The notes: generated from the letters alone by a model not told the origin. Shown: positions 27,997-35,082, counted from the first letter of the stretch. The stretch: 59,725 nt of DNA from an uncultured Campylobacteraceae bacterium (GCA_964556545.1 CAZKWE010000053.1:1-59725), one strand, 5' to 3'. Program-made: numbers and translations.

Positions 27997-29349
27997 TTAA
28001 AAATCCAAACCCCCATCAGAACGATATTTATAATCACATGTTACACTAGTATGTAGTCCCCCTGAAGTATCCGTGGTTGTAGTGCTACTAATATTTTTTA
28101 CTATGGCATAGGTATTGTTTGGTAATTTTACGGCATACACATGATCGTCATTATTTGTTGCTGCCACAGGTTGGGTGTCATAACCGGTTGTAGGAACACT
28201 CATATGGCTAAAATTTACATTCCCTGATCCATCAACTCCCAAATCTTGAATTTGGGCTCCAGAGTCCGGCCAAAAAACATTTCCTTCCAAAAAGATATCA
28301 GATGTTCCCATATCAAAATTTGAAATATCTACGATAGTTCCGCTATCAAATATAAATCCTTTATGTTGATTTCCTCCACTTGGTAAATCATCATATGATA
28401 AAGTGAATGAGCCACTTTCTATGTTATCATCTCCACTGTTTGTCGTATTGTTTATTATGTCAGCTATACTTTTTTCACTTATATCTCCAGAATTATTAAC
28501 TGTTATAAGTTTTTCATTGGAAACAGATACGACTGAACCATCAGCTACTTCTTGTGCATCACTTAATCCAAAAATAAGAGGATTTTTCATACTATATAAC
28601 ATAGCACCATATTTGCCATCTATAAAACTAAATTCCGTTATACCTTTGTCGCTATAAACCTTTCCATCTTTTGAAGATTCTAATGTCCTGTTAAAACTAA
28701 TACTTACAAGATATTTTCCACCTTGATAAGCTATAGAATTAATGGTAAAATCTATTTGTATATTGTCAAAAACATTAAAATCTTTTCTCAAAGCCAATTC
28801 AAGAGTTGTATCATCCCCGGTAAAATCTTCACTAACATATCTCATAAAACCGGATAAATCTTCATTGGAGTATGAAGTCTTTAAGTGATCAAGAGTGTTT
28901 CTGACTATTTCTTTGTAATTTTTGTTTATTATAGTAATAATTTTATGTGTATCTTCTAAGTCATTAGTTTTGCCAGTTGTGTCAATTATTTGGATATATA
29001 TATTGTATTTTTTGTCAATCTTCGGTTCAAATGAAAAATCAAAAGCACCATCCCTTGTTAATTTTGCTTTTTTCCATGTCTTTTTGCCATCTAATGTAAT
29101 AAGCACTCTTGCTATATTGGAATTTCCTGCATTTGCTTTTCCTCGTATATGAAGATATCCGTTGTCCAAAGAATCTTTTGAAAAGACAATCTCTTTTTTT
29201 GTCGAATCAAAAGATAGAGAGTTGATATATAGATAATTGATATTGACACTACTCTCGTTATGTCCAAAAATCCACCATTTTGCATTTGCATTAGTAAATA
29301 CAAGAAATAACAATAACGGAAATAATAATATTTTAAATCTATTTTTCAT
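27997..29349 (-). CDS. Secreted three-domain protein: Ig-like + NTF2-like + HmuY-like C-terminal domain
   Basis: Signal peptide (FTNANA|KWWIFG). Ig-like segment IRGKA..RVLITLDGKKTWKKAKL..FDFSF..IIDTTGK. NTF2-like middle domain. C-terminus HVYAVKLPNNTYAIVK...VTCDYKYRSDGGLDF. AAGGAG RBS overlapping the upstream stop. Confidence 0.75.
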   Translation of the reverse strand: MKNRFKILLFPLLLFLVFTNANAKWWIFGHNESSVNINYLYINSLSFDSTKKEIVFSKDSLDNGYLHIRGKANAGNSNIARVLITLDGKKTWKKAKLTRDGAFDFSFEPKIDKKYNIYIQIIDTTGKTNDLEDTHKIITIINKNYKEIVRNTLDHLKTSYSNEDLSGFMRYVSEDFTGDDTTLELALRKDFNVFDNIQIDFTINSIAYQGGKYLVSISFNRTLESSKDGKVYSDKGITEFSFIDGKYGAMLYSMKNPLIFGLSDAQEVADGSVVSVSNEKLITVNNSGDISEKSIADIINNTTNSGDDNIESGSFTLSYDDLPSGGNQHKGFIFDSGTIVDISNFDMGTSDIFLEGNVFWPDSGAQIQDLGVDGSGNVNFSHMSVPTTGYDTQPVAATNNDDHVYAVKLPNNTYAIVKNISSTTTTDTSGGLHTSVTCDYKYRSDGGLDF

Positions 29350-29359
29350 TTTAAACTCC

Positions 29360-30964
29360 TTAAAATCTTATCCTAACACCTAAAATGGTGCCCCTCTCTC
29401 TAAAATTTTTTGTATTTGTCGTATATGTGAAATCATTGTAAAATGCTCTAGCATAGATCATAACTCTCTTAAATGAGAAAAATATTTTAGGTCTGTAATA
29501 AATATTAAGGTTCAAAAAAACTTTTTTGCTATCGTCGCTTAGATCTCTATCGGATTTATTTTCTCCAATCTTTAATTTACCGGATAATCTATATTTCATA
29601 ACATCCACACCTAAACCAATCGATGCCTCATAATATTTATCAAGAGAACTCTTTAATTCATCTTTGTTAGATCGAGAACCTATATATAAAGAGGGCTTAA
29701 AAATATAATCTTTCTTTCTAATTTTACCGTTAAATTGTGTATTAATCCTGAATTCATGACTATCTTGAATATTTCCATCTGTTTTATAGCTATAATATGA
29801 AATATTTGTTGTATTGTAAATTTTTGCAAATCTGTCACTCATAGAAAAGTCTATGATATGATTTGTTATATTATTTGTGGTATCTGTTATATCTAACTTA
29901 TAGGTTAGATCAATAGTATTATGTCTTCTACCAAAAGCTTTTTTGTATGTTATTCCGATACTGGGTCTATACACATCTTTTCTATCGATTAATTGTCCGT
30001 CCAAGTCATTTCTATACCATAAAAAACCTATATGTGTTACAATCTTTTTTGTAGCTTTATATCTCCAAGAAGTTTTAAACTTTTCTCTATCCGGAGTTGC
30101 CGAACCTGTTAATGTAATATAATAAGGTGAAACTCTTTCATACTCCACCAAAACTCTACTTGGATTTTTATTTCCGATTGCTCTTATTTTAAAAGCATTG
30201 CCGCTAAAATTTTCATTTGCAGTTGTATCAGAAGTATTTTTCGTGTTATTTGAATGGGAAAATTCACTATAAATATCTAAGTCCGGTATGGGTATATAAT
30301 TTATATCCATAGTATATAGATGATTATTGTATAACGGAACACCTCCAAATATTCTATCTTTATCGTTAGAATAGACAAAACTTACACCTATATCCATTTT
30401 GCCATCCAAAATTTTCCTTCTGTACCTAGTTCCATAGACACTTCTTTTTATTGCTTTTGTTTTGTTGTCCCAAAAGCTATCCCATCTTGGATATGCTATA
30501 CCATAAACTATTTGTAGTTGATTTGTAATGTCTTTACTAAGATATCTATAGGATACACCCTTTAAAGCTGTATTTAAAGAGTATTGAGAAAAAGATTCAA
30601 ATACATCTCCAACTCTAAATGTATTTATTTTATTTTTAAGGGTAATTTGCATATTTGTAATAGAAATATCTTTAGGATCCTTTTTTCTATTATCTGTTGC
30701 CTTTAAACCTAAATTTATAATATATTTATATTTTTTAAGTTTACCTTTTTTGTAATAATTAAAAATATTGAAATATCTTAATCCATCCACAAGAGAAGAG
30801 TTTTTTTTGCCGGGACCGGTTATATCATTGTATTGAAGATAAAAATCATTCTTGATGGCAACTTTATCTAAATCTGAAGAAAATAATGTTAAACTTATAG
30901 GGAATATAGCTACGAAAAAAGAAAATAAAAACTTTCTATAAGATAAAAAAGATAAAAATTTCAT
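29360..30964 (-). CDS. Outer-membrane beta-barrel protein of unknown family
   Basis: Signal peptide, then alternating aromatic/hydrophobic strands along the whole chain, and a C-terminal Phe (GVRIRF) typical of BAM substrates. ATG 30964 has an AAGG RBS; the ORF extends to TTG 30982. Confidence 0.8.
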   Translation of the reverse strand: MKFLSFLSYRKFLFSFFVAIFPISLTLFSSDLDKVAIKNDFYLQYNDITGPGKKNSSLVDGLRYFNIFNYYKKGKLKKYKYIINLGLKATDNRKKDPKDISITNMQITLKNKINTFRVGDVFESFSQYSLNTALKGVSYRYLSKDITNQLQIVYGIAYPRWDSFWDNKTKAIKRSVYGTRYRRKILDGKMDIGVSFVYSNDKDRIFGGVPLYNNHLYTMDINYIPIPDLDIYSEFSHSNNTKNTSDTTANENFSGNAFKIRAIGNKNPSRVLVEYERVSPYYITLTGSATPDREKFKTSWRYKATKKIVTHIGFLWYRNDLDGQLIDRKDVYRPSIGITYKKAFGRRHNTIDLTYKLDITDTTNNITNHIIDFSMSDRFAKIYNTTNISYYSYKTDGNIQDSHEFRINTQFNGKIRKKDYIFKPSLYIGSRSNKDELKSSLDKYYEASIGLGVDVMKYRLSGKLKIGENKSDRDLSDDSKKVFLNLNIYYRPKIFFSFKRVMIYARAFYNDFTYTTNTKNFRERGTILGVRIRF

Positions 30965-31076
30965 AATCAAACCTTTTTGCAAAGTTAAAAAAACATAATA
31001 TAGAATCTATATCATAAATAAGATTCAGCTCTTTGTTTTAACTTAATTATTAAAATTAAATTTTTTTACTAAGTTA

Positions 31077-31082
31077 ATTATA
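31077..31082 (-). promoter_or_regulatory. Candidate sigma70 -10 (TATAAT) for the barrel/PASTA operon
   Basis: Perfect TATAAT on the minus strand ~113 nt upstream of ATG 30964. The region is very AT-rich, so specificity is limited. Confidence 0.35.
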
Positions 31083-31128
31083 CTATCATATATTTAAAGA
31101 AAAATAAAATAATAAAACAATTTATTTA

Positions 31129-31163
31129 GAACGGATTTTGCTTTATTGGAACGGATTTTGCTT
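31129..31163 (+). repeat. Tandem direct repeat GAACGGATTTTGCTT x2 (15 bp, 20-bp period)
   Basis: Exact copies at 31129-31143 and 31149-31163. Confidence 0.95.
31146..31163 (+). promoter_or_regulatory. sigma54 (RpoN) promoter for the flgI operon
   Basis: TTGGAACGGATTTTGCTT: GG(31148-9)-N10-GC(31160-1), 40 nt upstream of the flgI TTG. Confidence 0.88.
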
Positions 31164-31200
31164 CAATATAGTATCAAGATATCGTTTCAAGGAAAAATTA

Positions 31201-32250
31201 TTGAAAAAGATCATTTTATTTTTAACCGTTTTATTCGTTTTGTTGCAGGCTGAAAAAATTCAAAATCTTGTAAATGTTGTGGGCGTAAGAAACAATCAAG
31301 TTATAGGATATGGTCTTGTAGTAGGATTAAACGGTACCGGTGACGGTACAACATCCGCTTTTACGGTAAGATCTCTTTCAAATCTTCTTCAAACGGTAAA
31401 TGTAAAAATAGATCCGAAAGATATCAAATCAAAAAATATAGCCGCAGTTATAGTAACCGCAAAACTTCCTCCTTTTGCAAGACAAGGAGATAAACTCGAT
31501 GTTACGGTATCATCTATAGGCGATGCAAAATCCATAGAAGGCGGAACTCTTTTGATAACTCCGCTTAAAGGCGTAGATGGTAAAATATATGCTTTGGCCC
31601 AAGGTTCACTTAGCATAGGCGGAAAAAACGGCAGAGGAAGAGGAGAGTTAAATCATCCTACAGCAGGAACTATACTTAATGGTGCCTTGGTTGAAAGGAA
31701 TGTTGCATATGATATATATGATAAAAAGTATTTAAAACTTTCTTTAAAAAATTCCAGCTTTCAAACCGCTATGCAGATAGAAAAGTCACTTAATGCTATA
31801 TTTGATGAAAAAGTAGCTGTTGCAATTGATCCAAAAACAATCAACTTAAAAAAACCGGATGATATGAGTGTGATATCATTTATGGCCAAGATTTTAAATG
31901 CGGATATATCTTACAAGCCGGATGAAAAGATAGTCATAGACGAAAGAACAGGTACCATAGTTGCGGGGGTAGGTATAAAAATAGATCCTGTGGTTATAAC
32001 ACATAAGAATATAACTATTAAAATAGAACCTGTAAAAAAAATTATAGATAACAACAGCAGTATAAAAATAGGAAACAAAGTTGCGATCAATACAAAAGAT
32101 TTTGCTTTAAATATGGAAAAAAACAGTGTTACCATATCTAATTTAACCAGAGCATTACAAAAACTCGGAGCAAAACCTAAAGATATCATCTCTATCATAG
32201 AGAGTATCAAAAAAGCAGGTGCTATACGAGCAGATGTGGAGATAATATGA
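31201..32250 (+). CDS. flgI: Flagellar P-ring protein FlgI (TTG start)
   Basis: GVRNNQVIGYGLVVGLNGTGD, AAVIVTAKLPPF, SSIGDAKSIEGGTLL and IVIDERTGTIV. AAGGA RBS at 31189-31193. Confidence 0.98.
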   Translation: MKKIILFLTVLFVLLQAEKIQNLVNVVGVRNNQVIGYGLVVGLNGTGDGTTSAFTVRSLSNLLQTVNVKIDPKDIKSKNIAAVIVTAKLPPFARQGDKLDVTVSSIGDAKSIEGGTLLITPLKGVDGKIYALAQGSLSIGGKNGRGRGELNHPTAGTILNGALVERNVAYDIYDKKYLKLSLKNSSFQTAMQIEKSLNAIFDEKVAVAIDPKTINLKKPDDMSVISFMAKILNADISYKPDEKIVIDERTGTIVAGVGIKIDPVVITHKNITIKIEPVKKIIDNNSSIKIGNKVAINTKDFALNMEKNSVTISNLTRALQKLGAKPKDIISIIESIKKAGAIRADVEII

Positions 32251-32531
32251 TCAAGATAGACAATTATGTGGCTTTAACTGATGCAAACAGTATGCCAAGA
32301 ATTATCAAAAGCGATAATGATACAAAATTAAGAGAACAAACAGATAAATTTGAAGCATTTTTTATCAAAAAGGTTTTGGATATTTCTATAAAAACAGATA
32401 ATGCACTTTTTCCAAAAGGTGCAGGTGATGAGATATACAGATCAATGTATAATGATGCAATGAGTGATAAATTGAGCGGAAGATTTGGCTTTAGTGAATT
32501 ATTGTTTAATTATTTGAAACAAAAAGGTTAA
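32247..32531 (+). CDS. flgJ: Short FlgJ-type rod-binding protein (no muramidase domain)
   Basis: LREQTDKFEAFFIKKVL and EIYRSMYND..S..GFSELLFNYL. Confidence 0.85.
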   Translation: MIKIDNYVALTDANSMPRIIKSDNDTKLREQTDKFEAFFIKKVLDISIKTDNALFPKGAGDEIYRSMYNDAMSDKLSGRFGFSELLFNYLKQKG

Positions 32532-32554
32532 AAAAAAAATGAAATTGTCGATAT
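32528..32554 (+). promoter_or_regulatory. sigma28 promoter for flgM
   Basis: -10 GTCGATAT at 32547-32554 with TTAA/TAAA 15/14 nt upstream. The spacer contains an A10 tract. Confidence 0.7.
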
Positions 32555-32585
32555 ATGAGCAGATAAAAACTGCAAAGGATAAAAG

Positions 32586-32789
32586 ATGATTTCAAAGGTA
32601 AATGCTGGAAATGCATTGGTAAATAATTATAAAGTTTCCAACGATCAAGAAAAACGGCAGATACAAAATAAAAATTTAAAAAGTAAAGAAGAGAGCAGGT
32701 TAGAATCTATAAAAAAGAGTATTGAAAACGGATCATATAAAATTGATTTGGATAAGACTGCAAACAAGATAGCTGATACTCTAATCTGA
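32586..32789 (+). CDS. flgM: Anti-sigma28 factor FlgM
   Basis: RLESIKKSIENGSYKIDLDKTA motif, between flgJ and flgN. Confidence 0.93.
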   Translation: MISKVNAGNALVNNYKVSNDQEKRQIQNKNLKSKEESRLESIKKSIENGSYKIDLDKTANKIADTLI

Positions 32790-32818
32790 CTCCTTCTTTG
32801 CTCTATTTAGGAGTGAAG

Positions 32819-33247
32819 ATGATAAACTACTATCTTAAAAGTTCCATTAAAAATATTGAAGATTTGATATCTTTGACAAAAAGTGACATAAAAGATATAA
32901 AAGAGGCAAATAATGATGCCATATATCAAAGAACAAAAATAAAAGATGAAATTTTAGATATATTTGAAAGCCAAAAGTCTTTACTCGATAGTGAATTGGT
33001 AAAACTTATGAAAATAAATGAAGGTATTGAATTGAATGAACTTTTAAATAAAGAAGAACAGAAAAATCTTGATATATTTAAAACAAAGTTAAAAGAGTTG
33101 CATAAAATAAACAAAGAGTATGCAAGACTCGTTGTTGCAGTCAATGAATTTTATACTTCCTTGTTTGATAAAATATTTCCTACGGAAATGGAAAATTATA
33201 AAAAAACAAATCCAAAAAGTTTTTCTTTGCTGAAAGTGAGTGCATAA
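32819..33247 (+). CDS. flgN: Flagellar export chaperone FlgN
   Basis: Helical protein (TKSDIKDIKEAN, LKELHKINKEYARLV) between flgM and flgK. AGGAG at 32809-32813 supports ATG 32819. Confidence 0.85.
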   Translation: MINYYLKSSIKNIEDLISLTKSDIKDIKEANNDAIYQRTKIKDEILDIFESQKSLLDSELVKLMKINEGIELNELLNKEEQKNLDIFKTKLKELHKINKEYARLVVAVNEFYTSLFDKIFPTEMENYKKTNPKSFSLLKVSA

Positions 33248-35082
33248 TGAGTCTTTTTAGTTCACTTGATACGGGTTATACTGGCTTAAATGCTTCTCAG
33301 CTGCAAATGGGAACCGTAAGTCAAAATATTGCCAATGCAAATACCGAAGGCTATACCAGAGAGCGTTTAATCACCAGAGCACAAGAACCTCTTCATACAA
33401 CACCGGGAGATATAGGCAGAGGAGTAAAATTTGTCTCAGTTACCAGAATACATAATGAATTTGTTTTTTCAAGACTGAGAGAAAGCTCAAGTAAATTAGA
33501 ATACAATAATTTTTCAAAACAAACACTTGAAGAAGTGGCAAAAGCCTTTCCTGATACTGATGGAGTAGGTTTGCAAAATGATATGAAAAACTATTTTGAT
33601 GCATGGAACTCTTTGGCTTCAAATCCTACAAGTTCAGCATCAAAAACCGACCTTGCACAAAATACACAGACTTTTTTAAATAACTTGAAAGATACAAGAA
33701 AAAGAGTCAGATCTACCCAGGATGCATTGAATACACAATTAAAAGTAAGTATAGATGAAGTCAACTCTATAGGTAAAAAAATAGCTGATTTAAATGCAAA
33801 GATAGGAAATGTCGAATCCATAAAAAACAATCATGCAAATGACTTAAGAGACGAAAGAGACAAACTTGAACTGTCTCTTGCTAAATTGCTTGATTTTTCC
33901 GTTTTCAAAGGAGATATGAAAAGTGATATCAGTGTGGATAGGGATCTAACTGACGGCGGTAAAGAGTATTATTTAAATATATCAGGAGAATCTTTTGTAG
34001 ACGGTGCTACTTTTCATCCTCTTGTTTTGGACAACAAAGATAATGAGAGTGCATATTATTCAATTTATCACGAAAGCCAAGATGGCAGTAGAATTGATGT
34101 AGGCAAAAAGATAACAGGCGGAAAAATAGGTGCAATTTTAAATTTGAGAGGCAGAGATATAGATGGAAGCACATCTTATCCAAAAGATGGAATAATTCAA
34201 AATTATATAGATTCTCTTGATGCTTTTGCAAAAGGATTTGCAGAAAAAACAAATTCGGTATATGCAGGTAGTGCGGTTGACAAGATGGATTCGTCACAAT
34301 TGAGTTTAGATGATAATGCCGCATTGCTAAAAAGTGATTACAATATCAAACAAGGCAGTTTTGATATTGTTATGTATGACGGCGATGGCAATGAAATAGG
34401 CAGAAAAAGCATCAAAATAGATGAAAATACAACTATGGATGATGGCAGTGATAGCAGTATAGTTGGCCAATTAAACAAATCAACTGATGATAATGGCGAT
34501 AACAATTCAACAAATGACTTTGATGATTATTTTTCAGCTTACTACTCTACCAATGGCCATATATTGTCGATTCAGCCAAAGGGAAACCATAACTATAAAA
34601 TAGCTATCGAAGATCACGATACCAATTTTGCAGGAGCAACAGGCATCAACTCTTTTTTTATAGGTGATAATGCTTCAAATATTTCTTTAAAGAGAGATTT
34701 TATAGATGATCCTACAAAGATAAATGCTTATAAAAATCCGGTTGACGGTGATAATCAGATAGCAAATCAAATATTGCAGATCCAATATCACGATGTAGAG
34801 TTTAAGTACAATAACGGTTTAACCATAAAAGATACCCCTGATGGTTTTTATAGAAATATTACCGGTAAAATTGCAACAGATGCACAAAACAGCGGAAGAG
34901 ACCAAGAAACTTCTCAGGCAATTTTTAATGCTGTAAACCAAGAACAACAATCAATCAGCGGTGTTAATATAGACGAAGAGTTGGCAAACCTGTTAAAGTA
35001 CCAAACAGCATATAGTGCTAATGCAAAAATAATAAGCACAATAGACAAAATGCTTGATGCATTGCTTTCGATTAAACAGTAA
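33247..35082 (+). CDS. flgK: Flagellar hook-associated protein FlgK
   Basis: GYTGLNASQ..NIANANTEGYTRER, NDLRDERD and SGVNIDEELANLLKYQTAYSANAK. Confidence 0.97.
   Translation: MSLFSSLDTGYTGLNASQLQMGTVSQNIANANTEGYTRERLITRAQEPLHTTPGDIGRGVKFVSVTRIHNEFVFSRLRESSSKLEYNNFSKQTLEEVAKAFPDTDGVGLQNDMKNYFDAWNSLASNPTSSASKTDLAQNTQTFLNNLKDTRKRVRSTQDALNTQLKVSIDEVNSIGKKIADLNAKIGNVESIKNNHANDLRDERDKLELSLAKLLDFSVFKGDMKSDISVDRDLTDGGKEYYLNISGESFVDGATFHPLVLDNKDNESAYYSIYHESQDGSRIDVGKKITGGKIGAILNLRGRDIDGSTSYPKDGIIQNYIDSLDAFAKGFAEKTNSVYAGSAVDKMDSSQLSLDDNAALLKSDYNIKQGSFDIVMYDGDGNEIGRKSIKIDENTTMDDGSDSSIVGQLNKSTDDNGDNNSTNDFDDYFSAYYSTNGHILSIQPKGNHNYKIAIEDHDTNFAGATGINSFFIGDNASNISLKRDFIDDPTKINAYKNPVDGDNQIANQILQIQYHDVEFKYNNGLTIKDTPDGFYRNITGKIATDAQNSGRDQETSQAIFNAVNQEQQSISGVNIDEELANLLKYQTAYSANAKIISTIDKMLDALLSIKQ

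Noticed and set aside
28921-29165. RVLITLDGKKTWKKAKL resembles the Ig-like dimerisation domain of sulfite oxidase/SoxC
   Set aside because: There is no molybdopterin domain or Tat signal. The motif is generic to bacterial Ig-like domains.
29360-30964. Interpretation as a TonB-dependent receptor (HmuR-like) or autotransporter
   Set aside because: Too short for plug plus barrel, strands start right after the signal peptide, no passenger domain, and no tonB/exbBD nearby.
31138-31200. ORF-track N-terminal extensions (flgI from 31138; also dsb from 17508, flgN from 32798, atpB from 36700, msrAB from 804)
   Set aside because: Downstream starts have clear RBSs and give proper N-termini. The flgI extension would also run through its own sigma54 promoter.
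32247-32531. Short flgJ as a possible pseudogene
   Set aside because: Rod-binding-only FlgJ without muramidase is normal in this phylum, and the ORF is intact and operonic.
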